Source of the DNA: the human T2T-CHM13v2.0 reference genome, Homo sapiens
Strand: one strand, 5' to 3'
Assembly (NCBI RefSeq): GCF_009914755.1
Contig: NC_060934.1
DNA: 64,000 nt
Positions 46,592-61,280 of the stretch are shown here, piece after piece (the stretch's first letter is position 1; every line of letters starts with the position of its first letter). A program made the position numbers and the translations under genes. The notes below the pieces were generated by a model. It was not told where the DNA came from, made no database searches, and was given only the letters and a program-made list of their open reading frames with translations.

Positions 46592-46984
46592 TGTGAGGGT
46601 TCATTTTATGTGCAGCATTACTGGGCCACAGGGTGCCCAAATATTGGGTCAGATGTCCTTCTGGGTGTTTCTGTGGGGGTGTTTTGGGATGAGATTAACA
46701 TTCGTATCAATAGGTTGAGGAGAGCAGGTCCCTCTCCCAAACGCGAGTGAGCCTTATTGGATGGTGAAGGTTTGCATGGAACAAGGCTGGCCTCCCCGAG
46801 GCCAGAGCATCTCCTGCTTGGCGGCCTTTTTGCTGGGACGCTGGCTCTGCAGTTTTGGATTTGCCAGCTCCCATGATCATGTGAATCGGTTCCTACACAG
46901 ATGTGTGTGTGTCTGTGTTTGTGCGTGTGCATGTGTGTGTGTCTAACAGGGTGCTCTGTTTCTCTGGAGAACCCTGGCCAACAC
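46592..46984 (+). mobile_element. MLT2 (C/D-like) ERVL solo LTR
   Basis: 'tgtga.ggtt.attttatgtg...gggtgcccaaatatt.ggtca...gatgagattaacatt...ctgtttctctggagaaccctg.c.aacaca'. Confidence 0.8.
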
Positions 46985-47100
46985 AATTGCCTCACCATGA
47001 CTAATGGAGCAGGTGAGTCTGCTCGGGCCCTAAGCTGGAGGAGGGCGGGGTGGGGGGGATGGAAGAATCTTGTGTTTGCCCGTCAGCCTCTGTGCACCTG

Positions 47101-47369
47101 CTGAGCTTGAGCGTGGATGACAGGAGTTTGCAATGGCCACCACAGTGTGCTCTGCAGTTGATGAGACCCCTGCTCTCCTCCTTCTCAATGAACTCTGCCC
47201 TGTCACTGGAGAGTGCCAACTTTGGGATCCTTCCGGCTGAGCTTGATAGTGGACGATAGGAGTTTGCAATGGCCACCACAGTGTGTTCTGCAGTTGATGA
47301 GACCCCTGCTGTCCTTCCTCTGAATGAGCCCTGCACTGTCACTGCAGGGTGCCAGCCTTGGGATCATTC
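47101..47369. repeat. Diverged 136-bp tandem duplication (2 copies)
   Basis: Copies start at 47101 and 47237 and share 'aggagtttgcaatggccaccacagtgtg(c/t)tctgcagttgatgagacccctgct'. Confidence 0.92.
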
Positions 47370-50300
47370 AGGGGACACTCTGCACTTGAATGACCGTTTG
47401 CCTATTTTTAAACAATTGTGACAGAGGTGAGGTTTGTTTCCAAAAATTCAGGGTCAGAGGGCACTGACCAGTGGTTGGCACCTTGTGATGGGCACATGTA
47501 AGAACAGCAGTAACTTTCAGAAATAACTGATAATATATTCTGAAGGGGCTACTATTTAGATATAAAAACAAACTGTATTTTGTAATCACTGGGGTGAACT
47601 TGGGTGCATTTGGCTATGAATCCTATCAATGAATGCACGAAAAAGGTTTTTAAATGTTCCAAAGTTCCAGTTTCTTTACTTAAAATGGAGATATGAGGAA
47701 CTACCTATCACGTAACACTTTTTACAATTAATATTTGATATAGACTTGCACTTGATATTGTTCCAGCATGGTCATTCCTCCCCTGGAAGAGCTGAGATCT
47801 ATCCCATAAACATTACAGGAATCTAAAAAAATGACTTAGAACCCAGAACAGAGAGCCACTTTTTTTGATATTTGAGGGGTTGGAACATATTTAATGGAGG
47901 AGCCAACTTCGGCGCTAAACATAGGGAGACGATGATTGCGTGGTCAGTGCAGATGCAGAGGAAGCTGGGATAGTCACGGGCAGGTGCCCGGGGGCTGTGT
48001 GTCGATGAGTGTGAAGACAGGCTCTGTGTGAGTGCACGTACATGCAGGTGTGTGTATGTGCCCATGCCTGTGGACACACACACGCGCTTGCAGCCATGTA
48101 TGTGTCTGCACGTGTTTCTGCATGTGTGTGTTTGCACCCGTGTGAGCTCCTTTGCCAACGCACTCATATTTGTTTCCATGTGCACGTGTGTGTATGTGCT
48201 TATGTGCATGTGTGCAGTGTGTTTAGCGCTAAAGAGAACTGTAAGGAAGTAAGTCTGGAGAGGTGGGGTGGATTTGCCACACAGAGACCAGGAAGCCTCC
48301 TTTCAAAGGTTGTCGGCTTCGCACTCGTAGGAGGGCAGTTTAAAGTAGAAGACGAAGAAATGACTTTACGCACACATCTAGAGGGAAGCACATTCACAGA
48401 GGTGCTTGGCAAAATGAAATGTTGATTAGGGTGAATTTAAAAAATGAAGCTGCCTTTTGGAAGTTATAGAGAAATTCACGCACCAGTTTTCACTCTTAAG
48501 CCTTAGAAAAATCCTCAGCAGATAAAATATAAATTAATATGTTTTGTGAATAGCCAGAGATGTACTACTGAGATTCTTTTATGTGATAAGCTTTCACAAT
48601 CTGTTTCAAGTTTTCATTTTTAAAAATATTTAATCTGTGCTCAAAAATTAATTAATATCTTGAAAAATGACAAAGCTCCTCACTAAGTCATAATTGGGTT
48701 CAACAAGACAGCAGCTGAATAGATGAATAGCCTTTTTTTGCATGGTGATTACACTGAAAGCAGACATATGTTTTGCAATCTAATAATAACAAAAATTAAA
48801 ATGACCTTTTATTGTTATTTCATACCAGTTTTTACAGTTGTGATTTCATTATACTTGTAGAATAGATATGTTATAAAAATCTTGCACTAAAAAATTACAG
48901 GCAATGCAATATATAGGTTGACTGCAAGAAAAGTTCCAATTAACAAGAGTAAAAAATATTTTCTATCATTCATATGTTTTTATTATGCTTCCTGATAATT
49001 ATTTAACAGAAGCTACATATTGTCAGTGTAGAACTTAATCAAACATGCTGCTCTTGATAAATCATGATTAGTAACTACATGCTCATAGTTTTAAATTCAA
49101 AATCTATGATCAACAAGAGAATATGATTTTACCTTTTATGAAATTCTGAAACAACCTTTATGACCATTTTATATCTTTAAATGTCAGATATTAGGATATA
49201 TTAATAGATAGGGCCCTTGACTGGCGGTCAGGTGCATAGTATGTAGCCCTGGTTCTGGTTGTCCTGTCAGCTTAGCCATTCTGAGTCTCTTTGATGTTAC
49301 CTGTATAACGAGGGCGTTTGGGCCATGCGTTCTCTTGAATCCCTTGCTATTGTGAAATGATCAGATTTTGCTTTGCATGTAGGATTCAAAGAATTTGTGA
49401 AGTGTTGTATAGTTTTAATGCAAATTGTATTTAAGTCCATGCAATATAGTTATTTAGGTACATATAATAGAGTTAGAAAGAAGATAATAAATATAAAAGA
49501 ATTACTGTTGGTAACCACATTTCTTTTGTAGTACTTTTTTCTTGGAAGTCAGCAATTTTGAGAAGCAGCCAGGTGGTAGCATTTTAAGTCCAGCAGCCAT
49601 TGCACTCTTGTCACAAAGGGGTTCACTGTCTATGCAAAAGAACTGCCTCAGGTGGTCAGCGTAAATCAAATCATATGCTTGGTTTAAAATGATATGAGAA
49701 TGTCTATTGAGATAAGATAATTGAACAAATATTTTTTGACCACGTGTGTTAGTCCTGGGCCTGTTTTAGGCTCTATGAACATCTGTTTTAAGCATAAAAC
49801 ATACACATTCACTTCCCCGTGAACTCTCGGAAAAATCTGTAGTTTGATTTTTTGATCTGGTGCAGCTAAGGGGAGCTCGGGGGGAAGAGTACATGAGCCT
49901 AAACGGTGAGGGGAAGAACCTGTTATGAGCTGGAAATGAGATGCGGGCCTAGGGGAGCCAGGGATCCTTTCTGAATTGGCTGCTCTTTGGAGGGATTAGA
50001 GAAAGTGAGGATTAATTCGGGATTAGGTGTTGTCATGAGTTAAAGGCAGTTTAGCAATCAGGTATCCAATTTCTAGGTGGAAATAGCAAAGCAGTTCTAG
50101 GATGTTATTAGAAAGAAAGCAATTACCACTCAAAGAGGGGGTTGCGATGGCATTTCACAGCTGCTGCGTCACCCCAGAGGAAGCTCTTCCTCAAAACCTG
50201 CAGTTGGCTTTATCTACGTCTCCTCCAAGTCTGGCCAATGAGAGGGCTGTGCTTTTTCTTTTTTAAAACTAGACAAGTTTATACCATTTTGAAATGATTT

Positions 50301-51559
50301 AAAAAGACATCACTTAGTATGGTACCATGCTGATACGTAGTATACAATAAACTACTTTGGGGAACGACGCTAGGTAGGACTGACGGAGTGTTGAAATTTC
50401 AGAGAATTGGTTGGCTCAATCCAAGGGCAGACAGACTCTGCAGCCAGGAGCACGGTTTCTGCTGCAGCTATGGAACCCCCCTCGGGAATATGGCTTCATC
50501 TCATCAACACTAACTTCTTCATTCATGATGCCCGCAGTGATGCTAACACAGAAGTTAACGTGAGAATAAAATGAGGTAAGGTATGTGAAGTGTCCTATTC
50601 TCTCCATAACTGTACATGGTAGACACACAATGGCAAACTCATTGCTTATCCCTCCCCTTTGTTCTTTTTTTTTTTTTTAAATCCTTCTGCCTTTATTTTC
50701 TGTTCATAGGATTCCAGATACAAATAGATATGGTGGAATGATGAAAGGGATTTATTTACTTAGTGGAATTAACTGTATCTAGTGAACATTGGTTCAAAAT
50801 GGTTTATAATGTTCATAAAATTGTTATGATTTTTACTGCATCCAAATCCTAATCCTTTTCACAGCTTGTTCCCAACTGCGGCATGCACCTTGGGCATTTG
50901 TTTAATGGAGGTGCCATCGTTGTGGCTCGTATGTCTACACTGCAGGCTGTTTCAGCCTCCTGGGGATGCGGAACAGCCTTTGGCATGGCTGCAGTGGTAT
51001 TCACTGTGAGCTCCACCCAGCCCAGCTCAGCTGCAACCATGGTCATTTAGCTCCCTCATCCTCGTCTTCCTTCAGCATGGCATGGCAGGTGGATTTGACC
51101 ATCCTACGGTTAATGAGAGCAGCCGTGTAATAGAATCTGGGACTTAGGACCCTGTGTGGTGTCCTTTGACCAAGGAGTAACAAAAAGGGAGTGGCAGAAA
51201 AATCCCCTCCACTTCTCCCTCCAGGGTCTGTTCTGAGCTGGGCAGGCCAGCAAGACCTGTCTAAAGACAGCCTGCAAGGCTGAGCTGCCGGCCGTTACTA
51301 CCGAGTGCTTCTACTTCTGTCATTTAGCATCTTGAATGTTTTTTCTTTTTCTTTCTTGACCCACTTCCTTTTTTCCCTTAGTCTTACTATGCTGGAATTG
51401 CACTTAACAAAAATCTCAGCACACACATTTTGCCTGATTCTCTGTTTTCTAGGGAGCAGAGGGAATTAAGAAAACTGCTGCTGTGGGTTACTTTACAAGG
51501 CAGATTTGTAGACTGGTCATTTGGAGGGAATGACCTCCACTGCCTCAGTTATTAGCACC

Positions 51560-52480
51560 CCGTGATGAGGAAAGCACGAGCCCTGTTCCAGGAAGAGGCA
51601 CATGCCCAGAGCCTGGACTATCCTCAGTGGCAGAGAACACTTTCCGTTTACAGAGCACTGCCCACTGGCTGCTACCGGGTCCGCATCCGTAACTGGCCAC
51701 ACAGATGTGAATTAATTGTGATCTCAGTATTAGAGGCTCTTCATGTCCTACGGCTCCTGGAGGCAGCAATAATGCGTCATCATTTGATGATGATCATGAC
51801 ACATTTGGGAACCAGGCAGGAAGGAAAGAGTTGGTTACATCATCAGGTAGACCAGATGCCCATGCCACCTGCTTCTTTGGCCCTGATGCACTTCATCCTC
51901 AGCTCCTACCTGGCCTCATGGGAGGCTTCCAGCATCAGCCGGCAGAGCATAAAGGGACTTGAGTGACATTCACAGAATTCATACAATACGTTGCTCCTAG
52001 ACCGATGTGGACTTTGGCTGCACTGCAGCCCCTCTCAGCATTGCCCCTAAAGAACACGGGTGCAGGGAAGCCCTCCAGGTGGCGAGTTGAGCAGTACATT
52101 TGGTTTTCCATTTTGTTTGTAGGGAGATACTCAGGAATATATGCCAACTCATGAAGGGTCATCAGTGCCTGAGCTGGAAACAGTGATCTCTGTCCTGGAT
52201 GGCCACCTGCTTCTCCTACAGCTGCTCCCAGCCCTTGCACAGTGGACCAGTAAACACAGTGGCTCTTTTGACCACTCTGAAGGGATGAAGTCTGTGTGTG
52301 GCTCTGAAAGTATGGGCTCTCTCCTACCACTGCTGAATGTCCAACATTCCAGCAGCAGAGTCCAGTGCTGGGTTCTGGGTGCAGTACCTTGGGTGCCACA
52401 CTATGCAACAGACCGCAGGCCCTGCCTGCCTGAGAGGGGCAGCTCTTATCCTTATCATGACTGATGCACGCTGCAGAGAT
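51560..52480 (+). mobile_element. Decayed ERVL-class internal pol remnant (connection, RNase H, integrase N-terminus)
   Basis: Translations WTLAALQPLSALPLKNTGAGKPSRW (cf. recalled HERV-L WTAAALQPLSGTSLKDSGEGKSSQW), PALAQWTSKHSG (cf. PVIAQWAHEQSGH) and TTAECPTFQQQSP (cf. TAECPICQQQRP) occur in the expected order, with frameshifts. Confidence 0.75.
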
Positions 52481-52956
52481 GGGAATGCCATCCTGCTCAA
52501 TAAACCTCAGGCAGGACAAGCTGCTGAGGCCAAACTGACTGATCAACAGACAGCACATCATACAAGTTTTCTCACCAAAAAGCTGTTAGGGAGGAATAGA
52601 CAGGGGTGCGCCAGGGGGCTGAGGACAGGGAATGTGCTGCTCTTTCCCTGCAGCCACCGCCACCTCCTGTGGCAGCTGCAGAGTAGAGAGGTGATCACTC
52701 AGCCCGGGAGGGGCAAGCTTTTTCTTCAGCATCTTTTCCATGTTCTTGGAACTCATGCAATTCAAAGGAAAAATAATGAATATGAAAGACAATATGGAAA
52801 CACCTTCAGGATAAGTGGCAGAGTGGAGAGCTCTCAGCAGAATGCAAAATGCCTCTTTTAGTAAGAAAACCATATGAGCTCACAGCCCCTTCATAGGCAC
52901 TCAGTAAGATTTTCAGAAAATTTACAATGGCTGTGATTCTCTGCATATTTATTTAA

Positions 52957-53352
<396 letters not shown>

Positions 53353-53736
53353 AGGTAAATATATTTTTACAAAAACATCAATTGAGATTTTTTTCATGTT
53401 GAGAAATAAATTCTATATAGTGAAAGGATTAGAAATTGCATGGTATTTAGCCCAGACAATGTCAAACTAACTTTGCATTCCTGGTATAAACATAATTTGA
53501 TAATGATGTACTATATATATGAAGTATACATATGTATGATGTATATATAGATGATGTGTATATATGAATATATACACACATACATACATATTTGGTAATG
53601 AGGTATTATATATAATATTACATTCACACATAAAATATTAGAATAGTTTACTTTATCAATATTTTAGTATTTTGTTACCTTTTTAAATGAGTGATATTGG
53701 CTTGTAATGCTCCTTTATCTTTTAATCCTCAGTAAC

Positions 53737-55262
53737 TGGATCATATGGAAAGTGCCTGTTTAATTATTTAAGAAACCACCAAATTGTTTTCCAAAGTGGC
53801 TGTATCATTTTGCATTTCCACACACAAAGAATGAGAGTTCCTGCCTCTCCACATCCTCAACAGCAACTGATTTTGCTGGTGCTTTGGAATTTGGTCATTC
53901 TGGGTGTCTAGAGGTACCTAATTGTGGTTTTCCTTTGTAATTTCCTAATGGCATATGCTATTGAACATCTTTTCATATGCTTACTTTCTTCCATACATCT
54001 TATTTGGTGAGGGATCTGTGTAGATATCTTGCTCAATTTTTTAATGATTTGTTTGTTTTCTTCTCGTAGAGTTTTAAGAGTCTCTATATATTTCAGATAC
54101 CAGTTCTTTATCAAATATGTGTTTCACAAAGGTTTTCTACTAGTCTGGTTTGTCTTCTTATTCTCTTCATGATGTATTTTGTACATTGTGATTTTCAATG
54201 AAGTCCATCTAATCAATTATTTCTTTCATGGATTGTGCCTTTGGTGTCATATCTAAAAAGTTATAGCCAAATTCAAGTTTATCTAAATTTTCTGCTATGT
54301 TATCTTCTAGGAGTTTTATAATTTTGTATTTTACATCTAGGTCTATGAATAATTTTGAGTTGATTTTTGTGAAGGGTGTAGGTATGTGTCTAGATTCTTT
54401 TCTTTTCTTTTCTTTTTTTTTTTTGTTTTTGCATGTCAATGTCCAGCTATTCTAGCATCGTTTGCTGAAAATGCTATCTTGTCCCCATTGTGTTGCCTTT
54501 ATGCTTTGTCAAGACTATGTTTGTATAGGTCAACCAATACAACACAGTTTTGCGTATTGTAGCTTTATAGTAAGCTTTGATGTCAGGTAGTGTTAGTTCT
54601 CTAATTTTGTTTTATCTCTTTCAAAATTGTGCTGGCTCTCCTGGGGTTTTGGCCTCTTCATACAGATATTATATTCAGTTTGTTCATATTCACAAAATAA
54701 CTTGCTAAAATTTTGATGGGAATTGTGTTGATCAAATGGGAGAAGAACTGACATCTTGATAATATTGAGGCTTTCTCTCTATGCACATGGAATATCTCTC
54801 GATTTATTTGATTTTTCTTTGATTCTTTTAATCAGGGTTTTCAAAATTTAGTTTTCCTCATACAGATACTGTACACAATTTTGCTACATTTGTACTTAAG
54901 TATTTCATTCTTGAAGTGCTGAGTAAGTGCTATTGTGTTTTTTGAATCAAATCCAATTGTTCATTGCTGGTATAAACAAAAGCGACTGGCTTTTGTATAT
55001 TGACCTTAAATTCTCCAATAACTTATTAGTTCAATTTTTTGCTACAATTATTAGTTTAATTATTTGCTACAATTTTTGTTGATGCTTTGGGATTTCCCAC
55101 ATTAAAATTATGTAATCTGTGAACAAAGTTTTATTTTTTCTACCCAATTTGTGTGCATCTCCTTCCTTTTTTGTCTTATTGTATTAGCTAAGATTTCTAG
55201 TAAGTGTTGAAATAAAATAAGTGACAGGAGACAGCCTTGTCTTCTTCCTGATCTCAGTGAGA
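53737..55262 (-). mobile_element. Old L1M (L1MB/MC-like) ORF2 3' remnant
   Basis: 'ttttccaaagtggctgtatcattttgcattt..' plus ORF fragments TPFTKINSK and IIKLLEDNI...FLDMTPKAQ. Confidence 0.8.
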
Positions 55263-56513
55263 CTGTTTTTTTATGATGAAAGGACAGAAGCCCATCTTCC
55301 TTCTTAATGATAGGAAGCCTTTATGAAACACTCAATATTTTAAATATTCAAAAAATAGTAAAAAATTGCATTTTAATTTAGAGGTTGGGAAAATAAAACC
55401 AACACATAGAATACGGTAAGCTAAATTTAGTAACATTAATAATGTTGTAAAATAAGATACTGGTATTTTAACAAGAGCACCCTGGGGAGAAAAATTCCTA
55501 TTTAACAATTAAATGTCAACTTACTTTCTAAAGATAGATACCTGCTTAGAGTTGGCTCAACTTCATCCCCAAATTAAAAAGTCACATAACGATATGTAAT
55601 CACACTGCCAGCAAGCACCTCATAAACTGTTCACTTCAAATGCCTGTCTATACAAATGATAAAATCAAATGCAAATGCATTTTCTTAGAATAGTGATGCC
55701 TAAAACATTACATGTGGTTTTTTTTTTGTTTGTTTTCTTTTTTTTGCAGAGAAGTAACCTTTGTCTGGTTGAAAGCATGTAGTGGACTGTAGTATTTAAG
55801 AAGCTGGCAGAAAGCAGAATGACACATTCAGATGATGTGAAGAATGTTCTCAAGAGGCAGTTCACATAAGTGTGGTAGAGTGGGGAAGCCGCCATGTGCT
55901 TGCAGTGACCTGGGGCTGGGAATAGGGCAAATTGATCCTCAGCATGACGATGAGGGAAGGAGAGCCCACCAGAATCTGGGGACAGGGAACTGTAGGGAGA
56001 GGCCTACCCACCCCCTTGCCCCCGTCGGATCCCTGACTGTTTGTTAAGGCACAGAGCCAGTCTTTGATACCCAAGAAAGCTAGACATAGCCATATCCAAA
56101 CTTCATCCCTTCCTTTTTCCAATTATCTGCTTGTCTTTGCAGTGACCAAACCCAATTAGAAGCAGATGGCCAGAGAGCCTTGGATGCTGTTCACACAGGT
56201 GAGCTGCCCTGGACAGAAAACATAGTGAGGAAGGGTGGAGGGTGCGTCTGGTGCTACAATCCCAAGGTGACCAGCCCAGAGATCTTATAGACATGGTGTT
56301 TTAGATAAGGCAAAGGGTGGTGTCAGTTAGCTCCCATTGCTACAGGGTGGAAAGGGGTCATCTCTCCCAGTTACTTCCTGTTTATACTGCTTGATATTCA
56401 CCTGTCAGACCTTCAGGACGACTGCCCAACATTCATCTCTCTATAGGGTGACACATTCATCGAAGGATATTTGCACTTTAGTTGGATTTAGCATTGGCTC
56501 CAGCTATGGTCAC

Positions 56514-56908
56514 TGTTATGGAGCGCATGTTTGTGTTCCCTCAAAATGTGTATGTTGGAATCCAGCCTCCAGTGGATAGTATTAGGAGGTGGGCCTTTAG
56601 GAAGTGGTCAGGTCACAAGGGTGGAGTCTCATGAATGGGATTAGTTCCCTTATCCAATCCCTTATATGGGAGCTCATAAATGAGTGTCCTATATGAGAGA
56701 GCTCTCTTGCTCTTCTCCACCATGTGAGGACACAGTGAGAAACTGGCCATAGGCAGGCTGGAAGACAGCCCTCACCAGAACCTCACCTTACAGGCACCCT
56801 GATCTCAGAGTTCCACCCTTCTCAACTGTGAAAAATAAGTCTCCATTGTTTATAAGCCACTTAGTTATGATATTTGGTTAACCAAATACCATAAGCCAAC
56901 AATAAGAC
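56514..56908 (+). mobile_element. MLT1A-like MaLR solo LTR
   Basis: 'tgttatgg..atgtttgtgttccctcaaaat..tatgttggaatc...catgaatgggattagt...ccatgtgaggacacagtgagaa...ttgtttataagccac...taagac'. Confidence 0.85.
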
Positions 56909-59900
56909 CATAGCTGTGGTCAATTATGACAGAAATGACAGAAAATAGATGAAGCTTGGTGAGAGATGAGAGAGAAGACATGGCTCGCACAGATCTTGGG
57001 AAACAGTATCTTTGGAGGAGAAGCACGGAGAACCCATGGAAAGACATCATTTTCCTCATATTGCCCTGGTGTGGCCTTGCAGAGGGATCCTGGCTGAGCA
57101 ATTCCAATCAGCAACACACAGGCAGTATCTGGGCTTCCCCTACACAAACATGCACACTCATGGGTGCAGGGGCGTCTGCTCACTCCTGCCCAGACCAGTC
57201 CCCACAACATGGAGTATGTGTGAAGTGAACCGGTTTTACGGAGTCCCAAACAATAAATGTTTCAACTGCAGTTCTGCCATATTTTTCCCTGTGATCTTGA
57301 GAAAAATCTCTTAATGTTGTTAGTTTTCAATATCCTCAACTTTGAAGTGTTGCACTAGGAATGACTCTTGCTGGCAGGTTCCCTGAAAAGCAGAGTCTGA
57401 AAATGGAGATCTGGTAGATTGTTATTAGGTCAATGAGAAGGGAGAGAAGAAAGCAGGAGAGAGAGCAGAGGGAGAAGGTGGGCTGCGGGAGCCGTGCCCC
57501 CAAACGGCCTTCAGACTTGTCCTGAGTTGTGCCATTTGGGGGATCCTGTGGGGGGTGGTGGACAGCTGAGGACCCTCAGAGCACCCCCAGCTGGGGGAAT
57601 AGGCCCTCCAGTCCTGTGGGAGAGGTCGGGGTGTGGCCCAGTGGCCACATCACCTACACAATGCAGCGGTGATGCAGATGGGATCTTACAGAATTATTAG
57701 TCACAATTAGCTTTTCAAATGATTCAAATAGAAAACACAGGCTTTCTTAGCCCTTTGACTGCTGAATCACCGAGAATCCCGTTTAATTATAAATAGGTTA
57801 TTTTTCTTTCCATCAAAATCTCCTTGGGTCCACATCTTATTTGGATATAATTATGATCAAATATCAAATAGTGGATTCTGGGTGAGTTAGCCCAGTTTCT
57901 CAGCAACTAATTATCTCACTGGGTTGGCTTTTTTAGATATTTTCTCAGGCCTGGTTCTTTTTAATCCATTGAACATTCTCTTGGAACTGGCCAATATTAT
58001 TTTCCCCAAGGTATGTCTCAACAGCTTTGAGTTGTTTTTTACTATTTGCATTCATTTTAAAACTGAAAATATGTTGAGAGTCTCAAGTACCCAATGTAGG
58101 TATCAGTAGAATCCAAGGCTAGCGTGAAAGCCATATCCCTTAGAAGGCAGTAGGAATGGGAGCTCATCTGACCTGAAGAAGAACAGGAGAGCAGAGAGAA
58201 TAAAAAGATGCAGGTGGTAACACGGAAATAAAGACAAGAAAGAAGCAATGTGTGGAGGGAAACTTGCATGTGGACAGTGAGGACAGGCAAGTCAGAGAAA
58301 GCTTCTTGCCTGATTAAATAGGGGTAAGAGTTTCTCTAATGACATCTTGTTATTATAATTTTTTCACTCAGGATACAGTGTTAGGTTCCCAATGTAATTA
58401 TAAGAGGCATCCTGGAAACCATTCCTAATGTTGGTTTTCTCCAATTGCACAGTGACATGAAACCCTACAGTATCAACATTGGATATATGTGGGTTTTATA
58501 TCTACTGTGAATAAAATGAAAATATTTAGATTTGTATACTTGAAGTCAGAGATGAAGTGCTAAATCTTTATAATTAAATGTAATTAAATATTATTAATTA
58601 TAATTAAACATTTCTCTATCATTCTTTTCTACCATACAATGAAAGTTTTTTGGTAAAGATAGATCACTTGAATTCCATTTTGTCTATGGTGAAAATAATT
58701 ATTTAAATGTAGTTTGTTGTGAGATCAAGTTTTCTGTTTTGAGATAGAAAAATTGGTAATGCATATCTTAGCTAAAACATAGAAATGTGCTAAAGATTTC
58801 ATGAAGTGATTTTTCAAACTTGGTTTCATTCTTGCTTGCTTTATACACTCAAATATACTCATTGAATGTAAGCTTTGATAATTAGTAGTTTCTTATTTCT
58901 TATTACATTTACTGGTAAATGGTTTCTTTTCTCTACTTTTTTTGTTCTGTTATGACTTACCTTTGACATACCTCAATCTCTCCCCCATATTCACACACCT
59001 CTTTGTAATTTAGTTATCAATATTCTTATTACAGTTTTATTTTTATTTTTTAAAGTAATCCAGTAAAGCATAGCTTTTCCATTATTTTCAACAACACTGT
59101 GTTGTTTTAAATGTATGCATGCCAGAAAAAGTATGTGAATGAAAGATGTTTTAAAAATCAATCTGATTCTTTTAGCAGGAGAATATAATCCATTTACAAT
59201 TTTTGTCAAAACATAAATACTCTAAATTACTTTAGCCACAATACATTACATTTTCTTTTCATTACACATTTTGTTGTTCTTTTGATTGTGTGCTAATACT
59301 GATTGATGAAATATTATTGATTTCCATATCATATTACTAATAGTACTAGTGGATTCCTCTAAAGTTTGTATATATGCATTTAAACCTTAATGACTTTATC
59401 AGCCTCCCTTGTATTGAATAATTTCTCTGGCTTGCACTGATATAAACATCCTTCCATATCTCTCCTACTTCTACTCTCACTGCCCACAGATAGCAGAAAT
59501 TTATTTTTAATGACCTTTAATTTTAGGTTTATTTTAATTTTAGTTTTGTGTTTTGAAATTAAGTATCTCTAACTTTGCATTAAGTATCTTTAATTTTAAG
59601 ACTGTTTTAAACCACTGCATTGACATTTATATACCACATCACCAACACTTACTTTGACCTGTATTCTGAATTGTATTGGAGTTAATGCTTATCGCAGTTC
59701 CTTGTACTTTATATTTTCTTCTTTTCAGTGATTCTTGTTCTTGTGCTTTGCTTATTTGTTTAACTAACATATGAACCTAAGCATGTATTGTAGCTATGGT
59801 GTCAGAATCCTATTACTATATTATAGAGCTTCAGCTTCATATACATTTAGTAAACTTGATTCTCATTTTTTGAGGTGCTGATTTTTCTGTTACCTAATTA

Positions 59901-61119
59901 CATTCATAGGTCCATGTCTAAGGTAGCTGGTAAGTATCCAGTAAGTTAACAATTGAGGCCATTATATGGTTTTCCTATGGGCCCTCTCTGGTGCCTTTCA
60001 GTTCCATGGAGGGCCCCTCTCACCTGCAATGCACAATTAGGTGTTTTCCCAGGAAACAGAGATTTTCTATCCGAAGTATAGGCAGGGAATCAACCACAGC
60101 GGAGAGCCCCTTGGGGAGAGGCGAGGCTTTGCGGCTCTCCTCCGTTCCCCTCAGAGTTCTCTGCAGAAGCGTTCACATGGGACACAGGAGGTGGCAGGTG
60201 CCAGGGCACTCAGGATGTGGCCAGCTTGAGGGCAGCTTTCCCAAGCACAGCCCTGGGGAAGCCCCACCCCTCAGACCCGCTCCCCGGTGCCTGGTCTCAG
60301 CTCCTTCTATCTTCTGGTGGTCAGTTTGGGGGAAGGCAGGTGTGCAGATTTCAACGGGAAGGGGCCGAAGTTGTGGGAGCAACATGGGGAAACACATCCT
60401 GTTATAAGCAAGCTGTTTCTGGTTAGATATTGTTTTCATTATTTTTATTATATTTTTACTTTGTCTGTTGATGCCCCCAAATTGATTCTCTCAGGAAAGG
60501 GCCTACCATGGCAGAGGCTGCATAGAGCAAGACCAACTAAGCGAAGTCCACTGAGGAGTGACTTGGTCACTGCTTCGCTAGGACTCATTCCTTGTGAGCC
60601 AGCTTGCTCCACGGCTGTCCTCGTTCTCAGCTCTGAGGTTTGGGGACATTGTGACATTCCACCAGGGAGTGTGTTTCTCTGTTGGGCATCTCCTTGACCC
60701 TCCCCATCGCTGACTCTTCACCAGTTATGGCAGTTTTCCCCACTGTCTTTTATATCTACCGAAAACTCCTTACCTTCTTTGATATCACACTTACTCCTTC
60801 AGACCAGAATTAATAGACATTTCTTTTAGTGAGTGGCACTAGGTGAGTGACATTGCTTTTCTTTAAGATGGGAAATGTGAAAAAGTGATGCGTTAAACAG
60901 GGTGGAAGTATGTTTGTGTACGTGTGTGTGTTACTTCGCTCAGTTTTGGTGTTATTATTTATATGCTTACAGGGAATGAAGTTATCCAATAGGTAATCTA
61001 GAATTTAGAGAAAATAAGGCTTTGGGAACAATCAGTATGAGGGGATGAGATCCTTCAGGGTAGCATATGATATACTGTTAGACAGATTAACTTAGCATTT
61101 CCTGATGTCAAACACACCT

Positions 61120-61280
61120 GCAAGTGCTTTATAAGCATTCACCAATTTAATCGTCATATTTACTATGAGATAGATACCATTAGCATATATGTTTTAAAGA
61201 AGAGGAAACTGTGGCCCAGAGAGGTTATGTGTCTGTTATGTAAGATCCCACTGGGCAGAGACAGGAAGATTCAAATGACA
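61120..61280 (-). mobile_element. MIR SINE fragment
   Basis: 'agaagaggaaactgtggcccagagaggtta' is the reverse MIR core. Confidence 0.65.

Noticed and set aside
50468-50760. Donor gag/gtaagg (~50576) and a strong polypyrimidine acceptor (~50709) as a short intron of a coding gene
   Set aside because: The upstream ATG frame stops before the donor, the donor sits in MIR-like sequence, and no coding continuity is visible.
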